Below, piece after piece: positions 48,453 to 55,699 of a stretch of DNA of 63,999 nucleotides. The translations under genes and the position numbers were made by a program. The notes beneath the pieces were generated by a model. It was not told where the DNA came from, did no database searches, and worked only from the letters and a program-made list of their open reading frames with translations. Position 1 is the stretch's first letter; the number at the start of each line of letters is the position of its first letter. The DNA comes from a virus (Duplodnaviria; Caudoviricetes). The stretch covers positions 1 through 63,999 of IMG/VR virus record IMGVR_UViG_3300030101_003107. One strand, 5' to 3'.

Positions 48453-48668
48453 ATGAATAAATATTGTAAATGTGGTGAGCCCGTACACCCAGTTAGACAA
48501 AAATACGGGTACAAAACATGTGTTAAATGTAGTAATGTAGAGCGTGTCGCATCGGCACCTATTACTAATCATAAAACAGGTAACACAATACAAATAGTAT
48601 CACAGGCAATGTCTGTTGCTATACACAAGGCGAGTAGGCGTAAAGGCTACGGTACTTGTCTTAGATAA
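48453..48668 (+). CDS. C4 zinc-finger protein (TraR/DksA-finger-like)
   Basis: CKCGEPVHPVRQKYGYKTCVKC; start moved to ATG 48453. Confidence 0.65.
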   Translation: MNKYCKCGEPVHPVRQKYGYKTCVKCSNVERVASAPITNHKTGNTIQIVSQAMSVAIHKASRRKGYGTCLR

Positions 48669-48671
48669 TAT

Positions 48672-48745
48672 ACGAGGAGTGAAGTTGGAAGTTAGCGCAT
48701 AAATCTGCAAGACAGTAGCCCACTAACTCAAACACTTCACCTCGT
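48672..48745 (+). ncRNA. Structured element A (long hairpin)
   Basis: ACGAG/CTCGT, GTGAAGT/ACTTCAC and AGTTAG/CTAACT nested pairings, followed by TTT. Confidence 0.6.
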
Positions 48746-48752
48746 TTTATAT

Positions 48753-48841
48753 ACGAGCGTGGCGCGTGAGACGTGTTCAGTAAAATGGAACTAACAGGTG
48801 AGGCCCCAGCCTGACTGTTCTTACTCACTTGGCCACCTCGT
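48753..48841 (+). ncRNA. Structured element B
   Basis: ACGAG/CTCGT, GTGGC/GCCAC, GTGAG/CTCAC, AACAG/CTGTT, AGGC/GCCT; same ends as element A. Confidence 0.6.
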
Positions 48842-48850
48842 TTTACAATT

Positions 48851-48921
48851 GACTGGTAGTGTTAGTCTCACGTAGCATCTATCGCGAGAAGCTAAAGACA
48901 TTGCTCGCAGGCTAGTCACCA
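48851..48921 (+). ncRNA. Structured element C with acceptor-like stem and ACCA 3' end
   Basis: GACTGGT/GCTAGTC 7-bp stem + A + CCA; internal TCTCaCG/CGcGAGA helix. Confidence 0.5.
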
Positions 48922-48923
48922 AA

Positions 48924-48973
48924 CAGCTAGGTATTGGCAATACAGGTTTGAGGTTCGATTCCTCACTAGCTAC
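48924..48973 (+). ncRNA. D-armless tRNA-like element D
   Basis: AGCTAG/CTAGCT stem, short GTATTGGCAATAC hairpin, AGGTT variable-like segment, canonical T-arm TGAGG-TTCGATT-CCTCA. Confidence 0.7.
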
Positions 48974-48988
48974 TAAAATTAAATAACT

Positions 48989-49174
48989 ATGAATATAATA
49001 ACAGTATTAGATTACGAAAGCGGTAAAGTATGGCAGTATAAAGTAGATGCAGTCGAGTATGTTCAGGTCGAAACCATTGAAGAAATACTTCAAGAACAAG
49101 GACATAAGCTAGAAGACATCGACTATATGATACACGCAGACGAAACTATTAACAAAATTAAAATTGAATTATGA
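48989..49174 (+). CDS. Hypothetical protein
   Basis: ORF with A-rich leader. Confidence 0.7.
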   Translation: MNIITVLDYESGKVWQYKVDAVEYVQVETIEEILQEQGHKLEDIDYMIHADETINKIKIEL

Positions 49175-49237
49175 GCAGATTAAAACCATTAACTAAGCCA
49201 AAAGGTATATTTTTGGTAACAAACCCAGGAAAATAAT

Positions 49238-49777
49238 ATGGAATACATGTCAACAGAAATTAGAAGTGCGCGCGAAGCAATGACTGTCTTTAAGATACTA
49301 GGTATCAAAGACGTCACTACAGATCGCCAACGTAAAAACGGTACACAAGTATTTGAGTTACCAATACAACAAATGTATCAAAGCTTAATACCAAAACCTT
49401 TACGTTTTGCTACTTACAAAGCAGGTTATGTTAGAAATGTAAGTGAGTACAACTCAAGTCCTTACCAAATTAACAAAACGAAAAAACGACCAGCAGGCAA
49501 AGGTTATCACTTTGAAACGGTTGAGCGTATACTTATTCCAAATTGGGAAGAGCGATTGATATACTTAGCTAAGTTTATTATCAAGAACTACTATAAAAAG
49601 CCTACATACTTAATTAACGACTATGTTATTAAGTGTTTGAAAGAAGCTTATTTTAGAGACTATAACAATAATCCTAACAATAGACTACCATTTGGCGATA
49701 TTGTTCACCCAGACTCTTCGCCAGTAGATGATATACAAGTAATTATTAACGGGCATAGGTATAACCTTACAAATTAA
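49238..49777 (+). CDS. Hypothetical protein
   Basis: 179-aa ORF; function not recognised. Confidence 0.7.
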   Translation: MEYMSTEIRSAREAMTVFKILGIKDVTTDRQRKNGTQVFELPIQQMYQSLIPKPLRFATYKAGYVRNVSEYNSSPYQINKTKKRPAGKGYHFETVERILIPNWEERLIYLAKFIIKNYYKKPTYLINDYVIKCLKEAYFRDYNNNPNNRLPFGDIVHPDSSPVDDIQVIINGHRYNLTN

Positions 49778-49798
49778 ATACGAATACTAACGGATAAT
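49769..49798 (+). promoter_or_regulatory. Early promoter motif, copy 6
   Basis: ACAAATTAAATACGA-atactaa-CGGATAAT. Confidence 0.85.
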
Positions 49799-49824
49799 AT
49801 TATAAACCAATTAAATAAACCATT

Positions 49825-50196
49825 ATGACAAAAACAGAATTACAAGCAAAGATAGAAGCTTTGCAAACAGCTCTTGAAACTAAAGCGCAAGAGCAAAACG
49901 CATATCAAGGTCAAATTGATACACTTAAAAAACAACTAGAAGACTTAAACAAACCAAAGCTTACTGGTCTTCAGTTCGATAAGTTACATGAAGCTATTGA
50001 AGAAGGTATTGGTAGTTACGATTTTAGTGATACTGATTGTTATAGTATTGACTACGGTATTGACTACGATGGCAGAGTACATTGCGAATCATTTGACTTT
50101 GAAAACGCTGATGACTTAGCTCATGAAATATACGAACAAGTAGCACGTTTATTTGCTGAAGCAGATGAAGATAATAACCAAGAAAACCAAGATTAA
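49825..50196 (+). CDS. Coiled-coil + acidic hypothetical protein
   Basis: N-terminal heptads, acidic C-terminal half. Confidence 0.7.
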   Translation: MTKTELQAKIEALQTALETKAQEQNAYQGQIDTLKKQLEDLNKPKLTGLQFDKLHEAIEEGIGSYDFSDTDCYSIDYGIDYDGRVHCESFDFENADDLAHEIYEQVARLFAEADEDNNQENQD

Positions 50197-50197
50197 C

Positions 50198-50431
50198 ATG
50201 AAAACATTATATAACAGTTTAAAGCCAGAGTACATAGAAGCGCTTGAATCTCATGCAGAGAAATATCCTGCGTCAGTTAGAGCTATTAAAAAAGCACTAA
50301 AAAATAACTCGCTATGGTCACGTTTAACAGTACAACAAGTTAGAGACTTTATAACTTTTTCAGACAATGTAGTGTTTGAAACTAGTTATCAAGACTGGGC
50401 TTTTGGCACTAAATTTTTACAAAATGAATAG
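50198..50431 (+). CDS. Hypothetical protein
   Basis: Likely start MKTLYNSLKPE at ATG 50198, directly after the upstream stop. Confidence 0.65.
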   Translation: MKTLYNSLKPEYIEALESHAEKYPASVRAIKKALKNNSLWSRLTVQQVRDFITFSDNVVFETSYQDWAFGTKFLQNE

Positions 50432-50541
50432 TGAGTTATGCGAAGATTAATATACGACATGTACTACGCTGAAGAGATTACTCCGGACGTAGCCGCAAGA
50501 TTATTAAATAAATTAGAAGAATTAAGAAATAAAAAAAGAAG

Positions 50542-50814
50542 ATGACAGGACAAGAAGTAGAAAATTATATTAAAAACGAGCTTGGTCATGAGCCAAGACA
50601 CGATGTATATGCTATAGCAGATGCAGCAGATGAGCTAGCATATTTATATAGTAATAGTACAACAGCTAAACAAATTGTTGAGTTTATGTTAGCAGACAAA
50701 CCAATACCAACACTTTATACTCATAGCTATGGCTTTCATACGCGTAGCGGTAGAGGTTTACGAGAATTATTTACAGAAAATTATAACAGTTACGTAAGAA
50801 ACAATGGCGACTAG
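50542..50814 (+). CDS. Hypothetical protein
   Basis: Operon packing. Confidence 0.65.
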   Translation: MTGQEVENYIKNELGHEPRHDVYAIADAADELAYLYSNSTTAKQIVEFMLADKPIPTLYTHSYGFHTRSGRGLRELFTENYNSYVRNNGD

Positions 50815-51289
50815 AGCATTAATATGTTTTGCTAAACGTGAAGATAAAGTATCGTTTAGCGATTTTAAACTATACGACGACTGTGGTAGGCAAAGAGTCA
50901 CACACCAAATATATCACCACTATGATGGCGCGCCTAGCTTTTTAGGTGTTGCGTTAGCAGAATTTATTGATAATGTCGGTGATAAACACAACGGTATACA
51001 CTGTTTTGCAGCACAGCTGTTAACACACTTAAAAATGGGTGTACATTACGGTAAATGTAGTAACGATTCACATAACGTGTACCTAGAAACACCAGGCGTT
51101 GAGCACGGTGATCTTGACTATACATATTATTTATGGTGGGGTAAAGGCGAAGTATGGATAAGTATATTTAAAGTTGGTTTTAATTATAACTTAGATCCGC
51201 TATACGATGACAGAGATAAATGTATATTCGTAGGTAAGCCAAGTAATCTTATAGATAAATACAAACTAAATACGAACTCTGATGGATAA
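50804..51289 (+). CDS. Conserved phage protein (MxTR...YxHYDGxP family)
   Basis: MATRA, IYHHYDGAPSFLG, HGDLDYTY motifs recalled from many phages; function unknown. Confidence 0.7.
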   Translation: MATRALICFAKREDKVSFSDFKLYDDCGRQRVTHQIYHHYDGAPSFLGVALAEFIDNVGDKHNGIHCFAAQLLTHLKMGVHYGKCSNDSHNVYLETPGVEHGDLDYTYYLWWGKGEVWISIFKVGFNYNLDPLYDDRDKCIFVGKPSNLIDKYKLNTNSDG

Positions 51290-51290
51290 T
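51261..51290 (+). promoter_or_regulatory. Early promoter motif, copy 7
   Basis: ACAAACTAAATACGA-actctga-TGGATAAT. Confidence 0.85.
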
Positions 51291-51548
51291 ATGAACGACA
51301 AACAAATGCAAAAGCTAGCTAAATATATAGCAGCAGATCTTACTAAAAGAATTTATGGTATCGCAAACCCTGCTACTGAAGATAATGATATGATGTGGTA
51401 TGCAGACAGAGACGATGACCACGCTGTTGGTGAGTTAGCTAGGCTAATGACACTATTAAATCTATATCAAGACAGAGAAGAATATGAAAAGTGCCATTTA
51501 ATAAACAAGCACATTAAAAAATTAGAAAAAATAATAGAAAACTTATGA
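51291..51548 (+). CDS. Small protein with UVR-like C-terminal hairpin
   Basis: YQDREEYEKCHLI resembles the UvrB/C motif; start uncertain (51291 or 51306). Confidence 0.6.
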   Translation: MNDKQMQKLAKYIAADLTKRIYGIANPATEDNDMMWYADRDDDHAVGELARLMTLLNLYQDREEYEKCHLINKHIKKLEKIIENL

Positions 51549-52417
51549 TGAGAAAAAAACCAATGCTAGCATATCCTGTTAGCGACAAACCAATTGATTA
51601 TACCAAACCTGTATTCATGCAACCAAAGCTTGACGGCGTACGTTGTCTTATACAAGCTGAGCCAGATTACTCAAGTTCTGGTTATCCTATACCTGGTGTT
51701 AGAGTAACAGCTTATTCACGTACAGGTAAAGAGTGGAAAAACATTGACCACATACTACAAAGCCTCAAGCCTTTTTTTGATGCTAACCCTGATGTTATAC
51801 TCGATGGCGAGTTATACAATCATGCGTTACGTGATGACTTTGAAAAGATTATATCTTGTGTACGTAAACAAAAGCCAACAGATGCTGACAGAGCTGAGTC
51901 GCGTAAGCTTGTACAGTTTCACTGTTACGATATTGTAGATGAAACACTTGACTTTCAATCGCGTAGTATAAGACTTAATACATTATTAAAGCCAACATAC
52001 GGTATTAAACTAGTTAAAACTATTGTAACTCCAACAGAGTCCCAAGCTAAAGTTAATCACGCTAGAAACTTAGATGCTGGCTACGAAGGCTCTATACTAC
52101 GTCTAAACGATGTCTATCAATGTAAACGTTCACATAGCTTACGTAAGTTCAAAGACTTTCACGATGCTGAAGCTGTACTAACCGACTGGGTCGAAGGTAA
52201 AGGCAAGCGTGCCGGTACTATTGGCAAGTTCATGGCTGTCGATGCTGATGGTAATGAGTTTGGCATGCCAGTCATGGATAATTTTAAAAAGTTACAAACA
52301 ATGTTTGATGAGATGAAAACTTGGGTTGGTAAAGAAGCTACGTTCACATACTTTGAGCGTACAAAAGCTAACAGCTACAGACATCCATTATTTAAAGCAA
52401 TACGTGATTATGAGTGA
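51545..52417 (+). CDS. lig: ATP-dependent DNA ligase
   Basis: QPKLDGVRC (motif I), LDGELY, FHCYD, GYEGSILR, LRKFK, C-terminal OB fold with RHPLFKAIR. Confidence 0.93.
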   Translation: MMRKKPMLAYPVSDKPIDYTKPVFMQPKLDGVRCLIQAEPDYSSSGYPIPGVRVTAYSRTGKEWKNIDHILQSLKPFFDANPDVILDGELYNHALRDDFEKIISCVRKQKPTDADRAESRKLVQFHCYDIVDETLDFQSRSIRLNTLLKPTYGIKLVKTIVTPTESQAKVNHARNLDAGYEGSILRLNDVYQCKRSHSLRKFKDFHDAEAVLTDWVEGKGKRAGTIGKFMAVDADGNEFGMPVMDNFKKLQTMFDEMKTWVGKEATFTYFERTKANSYRHPLFKAIRDYE

Positions 52418-52469
52418 TAAATTAAAACTAAAAATTCAACACATGTTGAAAACATTAAAACCAATTGAG

Positions 52470-52519
52470 ACTGTGACAACAGCCTCTAATAAATAACTAA
52501 TAACAGGCTAATGTCATAC
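52470..52519. promoter_or_regulatory. Spaced inverted repeat TGTGACA-N33-TGTCATA, copy 2, overlapping the ATG of the HTH gene
   Basis: TGACAacAGCCT...AGGCTaaTGTCA; aligns with 45628-45678. Confidence 0.6.
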
Positions 52520-53131
52520 GAGAGAAACCTAACATACCTAAATAATAAACGTTTAATATACAGGCGACATCCAGTATCAGATAAACCAGACATTGATACT
52601 AAAGAGTTTATGTATTTTGAAAACGGTACGCATCAATGCTACGAGCTATTTAGATCAACAGCAAAGATTACTACGTATCGTTCGCTTAAATGGCATTTAC
52701 TAGTACTTTGGTATTTAAACCCTAACCTCAACCAAGACGACTTTATACAACTAGCTGAATATATAGTACACAAGCCAAATGGCTTTGTAAGTTTTAACGT
52801 ATCAGAACGTTTGCTAGAAAAAGTTGTCTACGAGGTTAGCATGTCTGACCTTGATCGTCCACCTAAAAATAAATTACGTAAAGTTATATTTAAACCGTTT
52901 AGTGGCTTAACAAAAGAAATGAAATTATCTATTGTAGGCCAGCTAGTTGGTCAAAGTCCTAGAGTTTGTTCTGACGACATATATGAAGTTATGATAGATA
53001 TGCATGACATGGGCAAAAAGATTACAATAGGACGTATCGCAGGTCTGTTAGACTGTTCGTCACGTACAATATATAGACACATGTGTAACGAACTTAAAAA
53101 AGAAAAAGAATTACTTAACCAACAACTATGA
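52511..53131 (+). CDS. DNA-binding protein with C-terminal HTH (possible initiator or regulator)
   Basis: ITIGRIAGLLDCSSRTIYRHM helix-turn-helix. Confidence 0.75.
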   Translation: MSYERNLTYLNNKRLIYRRHPVSDKPDIDTKEFMYFENGTHQCYELFRSTAKITTYRSLKWHLLVLWYLNPNLNQDDFIQLAEYIVHKPNGFVSFNVSERLLEKVVYEVSMSDLDRPPKNKLRKVIFKPFSGLTKEMKLSIVGQLVGQSPRVCSDDIYEVMIDMHDMGKKITIGRIAGLLDCSSRTIYRHMCNELKKEKELLNQQL

Positions 53132-53880
53132 AACAATACGATTCAAATAATTTTAGCAGGTATAAAAAAGATGTTAAAGCATCTCAACCTAAAAATAAAG
53201 ACTGGCAACACTATAGTAGAGATGAACTTATAGTTAAATTTCTACCTCTTGTAGAAAATATAGCTAGAAAGTTTAATGATGGTGATGCTGCATCTGGCGT
53301 TATGTCGTTAAGTGATTGTATACAATTTGGTAATATTGGACTAACTAAAGCTGTTGATAAAATTATTTGGTCAACAATAACTGAGTCTAAAGATCCTGAA
53401 AGAACTATAAAATCTTATTTATCTAAAAGAATACGAGGCGCAATACGTAGAGCCACAGACGCTAATCGTAGTGGCATGCGTATACCAGAACATAAACTAA
53501 ATGATATACGTAAAAACTTTGAAAATGAAGATAATTCAAAGTTATTTTTTAACTCTATGTTTGAAAGTATAGACAAACAGTTAGACGATGAAAACTCTTA
53601 TTTATATCAAATCGAAGATACTTCAAAAGATCCAATGAGAAAAGAAAAGTTACACGCTGTAATAAGAGATATTATGCTTAAGCATTTAACTGACAAAGAA
53701 TATCATGTTATAAGACTAAGCTATGGTTTAGGTTGTGATAAAATATCTGCAAAACAAATAGCAGAAAAACTTGATATGAAAGGTAGTAGCTCTTATGTTC
53801 GTGTTTCTCAATTAAAAAAGCAAGCGATTGAAAAACTTAGAAATGTTTTAGATCACTCGCAAGTGACTGATTATCTGTAA
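53128..53880 (+). CDS. Sigma70-family RNA polymerase sigma factor (group-3-like)
   Basis: Region 2 RDELIVKFLPLVENIARKF...DCIQFGNIGLTKAVDK...RIRGAI; MRIP; region 4 LTDKEYHVIRLSYGL...IAEKL...RVSQLKKQAIEKLR. Confidence 0.92.
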   Translation: MKQYDSNNFSRYKKDVKASQPKNKDWQHYSRDELIVKFLPLVENIARKFNDGDAASGVMSLSDCIQFGNIGLTKAVDKIIWSTITESKDPERTIKSYLSKRIRGAIRRATDANRSGMRIPEHKLNDIRKNFENEDNSKLFFNSMFESIDKQLDDENSYLYQIEDTSKDPMRKEKLHAVIRDIMLKHLTDKEYHVIRLSYGLGCDKISAKQIAEKLDMKGSSSYVRVSQLKKQAIEKLRNVLDHSQVTDYL

Positions 53881-53907
53881 GTTACTCATTAAATATTAAC
53901 TGTTATA

Positions 53908-53916
53908 TGTAATTAT
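53908..53916 (+). promoter_or_regulatory. Candidate promoter box TGTAATTAT upstream of the replication operon
   Basis: In the gap after the sigma gene; variant of the late box. Confidence 0.45.
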
Positions 53917-53941
53917 ATATATACACTAAACCAATATACCG

Positions 53942-54484
53942 ATGACAGATTTAACTAAAAAACTAGCTGATGTACAGACTAAGTTAAAAGCAAAAAAGTC
54001 TTCATATAATAGCTTTGGTAAATACTATTTCCGTAAAGCTGAAGACATCCTTGAAGGTGTAAAGCCTTTTTTATTACAACATAATATTTACGTTACAGTA
54101 TCAGAAGAACTAATCGCTACAGATCCAGTTCCAATGATAAAGTCGACCGCTACAATTAGCGACGGCCAAAATGCTATACACGCCACCGCAGTAGTAGGCG
54201 TTGATATGCAACAAAAAGGTATGCAGACTGCCCAACAGTTTGGCGCAGCATCTACATACGCAAAAAAGTATGCACTTGGCAATTTATTTTTAATTGATGA
54301 CACTGAAGACGCTGACGCAACAAACAATCATGGCAAAGCAGCTCAAGTTACCACAAAGCCTAAAGCTAAAATAACTAAAGAGCAAATGACTAAAGCACTA
54401 GATTTTGTTAAAAACGGCGGATCAGTTGATGCTATTAAAAAGAAATATGAATTAACCGCAGCTCAAATCAAACAATTGGCATAA
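53942..54484 (+). CDS. erf: ERF-family single-strand annealing protein
   Basis: YNSFGKYYFRKAEDIL...QQFGAASTYAKKYALGNLFLIDD..DAD. Confidence 0.9.
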   Translation: MTDLTKKLADVQTKLKAKKSSYNSFGKYYFRKAEDILEGVKPFLLQHNIYVTVSEELIATDPVPMIKSTATISDGQNAIHATAVVGVDMQQKGMQTAQQFGAASTYAKKYALGNLFLIDDTEDADATNNHGKAAQVTTKPKAKITKEQMTKALDFVKNGGSVDAIKKKYELTAAQIKQLA

Positions 54485-55215
54485 TGAAAGAAGTTTACGA
54501 AAAACTAAGAGAAGACGAGCATTACTATGGCGACTTTGGCAAACAGTTTCTTAGCAACTCTGACATATCTGTTTTGTTAAAAAATCCTAAAGATCTGCAC
54601 AAGCCTAAGCCTAGTAGTCCGGCTCTCTTGGTTGGCGGTTATTTTCACACTGCAATACTTGAACCTGACAAGTTAAATAGGTTTAAAATAGTTGAAGCTA
54701 CAACACGTAATACAAAAGCTTATAAAGAAATATCAGAAGGTGAACTATGTTTATTACAGCATGAAGTTGACAAGATACAGCTGATGACAGAAGCTATACA
54801 AAACAATGATGTGTGTAGAGACTTAATTAAACCTATACTTGGCGAGGTTGACTATGAAGAGCCACGTGTACAAAAAATCCACGGTCAAATGTGGAAAGGC
54901 AAAGCTGATGTAATTAATCATGAAGAAAAATTAGTTATAGACCTTAAAACTACAAGTGACATAGATAAGTTTCAATGGTCAGCTAATAAGTTTAATTATG
55001 ACAGCCAAGCCTTTATTTATAGCACTCTATTTGGCTATGAGATGTTATTTATTGTTATTGATAAAGAAACACATCAAATAGGTTTGTTTGATTGTTCGCC
55101 TGACTTTTATGCTAAAGGCGAAGACAAAGTGCGTAGAGCTTGTGACGCATACGAGTTATTCTATCAAACAGATAATTTTGACCACAAGCAACATTTATTA
55201 ACTAAAACCCTTTAA
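54484..55215 (+). CDS. PD-(D/E)XK exonuclease (RecE/ExoVIII-like)
   Basis: LSNS, GGYFHTAILEP, KGKAD, VIDLKTT, YDSQAFIY. Confidence 0.88.
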   Translation: MKEVYEKLREDEHYYGDFGKQFLSNSDISVLLKNPKDLHKPKPSSPALLVGGYFHTAILEPDKLNRFKIVEATTRNTKAYKEISEGELCLLQHEVDKIQLMTEAIQNNDVCRDLIKPILGEVDYEEPRVQKIHGQMWKGKADVINHEEKLVIDLKTTSDIDKFQWSANKFNYDSQAFIYSTLFGYEMLFIVIDKETHQIGLFDCSPDFYAKGEDKVRRACDAYELFYQTDNFDHKQHLLTKTL

Positions 55216-55219
55216 ACCA

Positions 55220-55387
55220 ATGCCTAGAACTAAATCTAGAATTTGTGATGTTTCAGGAATTAAAACATCAGAAAATAATTTTTACAAAAATCAAAGCCAC
55301 GTAAAAGCTGTAGATAATCTGCGTAGATCAAGTGGTGCTACTAAATCACAGATGCAGCGTATGTTTCACCAAATAAATAATTACTAA
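55220..55387 (+). CDS. Small basic protein (55 aa, not in ORF track)
   Basis: MPRTKSRICDVSG... fills the gap between the exonuclease and SSB genes. Confidence 0.6.
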   Translation: MPRTKSRICDVSGIKTSENNFYKNQSHVKAVDNLRRSSGATKSQMQRMFHQINNY

Positions 55388-55696
55388 ATGGCAAGTATTA
55401 TTAAAACGAGTATCAACCTCAACGATATACCTAAAGACAAGATCTATGTCGGTAAAAAAGGTAAGTATTTACCAATAACAATTACGCTCAACGACGAGCC
55501 TGATCAGTTTGGTAATCAAGGCCCAGTTGTTGTTGAACAAACAAAAGAAGAGCGTGATGCTAAGGCGCCGAAGACATACCTTGGCAATGTTAAAGTTGTG
55601 TGGACAAACGGTACAAACGTTGATACTGCGCCACGTGATAACCAACCAGCTGCACCAGCTCCGGCACCTGTGGCTGATGAAGATTTACCGTTTTAA
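55388..55696 (+). CDS. ssb: Single-stranded DNA-binding protein (phage type)
   Basis: SINLNDI..GKKGKYL..DQFGN..YLGN and acidic DEDLPF tail. Confidence 0.85.
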   Translation: MASIIKTSINLNDIPKDKIYVGKKGKYLPITITLNDEPDQFGNQGPVVVEQTKEERDAKAPKTYLGNVKVVWTNGTNVDTAPRDNQPAAPAPAPVADEDLPF

Positions 55697-55699
55697 TAA

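Noticed and set aside
48924-48973. Canonical tRNA-Ala(GGC)
   Set aside because: No D arm, only a 3-bp anticodon stem and no G3:U70 pair; reported as tRNA-like instead.
45327-51290. Repeated 30-bp motif as a CRISPR array or attC-like cassette sites
   Set aside because: Spacing is irregular (0.35-1.75 kb) with whole genes between copies, the motif is non-palindromic with a free internal N7, and no cas or integrase gene was seen; a promoter fits better.
46670-51290. ORF-track starts at 46670, 48420 and 51282
   Set aside because: These start codons fall inside the conserved promoter motif (aTGGATAAT / tTGGATAAT); downstream ATGs are more plausible.
49801-55220. AAACCA motif before several starts (49825, 53942, 55220, also 44186 on the minus strand)
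   Set aside because: Short, variably spaced, and explicable as the A-rich unstructured leaders typical of Bacteroidota translation; not enough support for a separate element.
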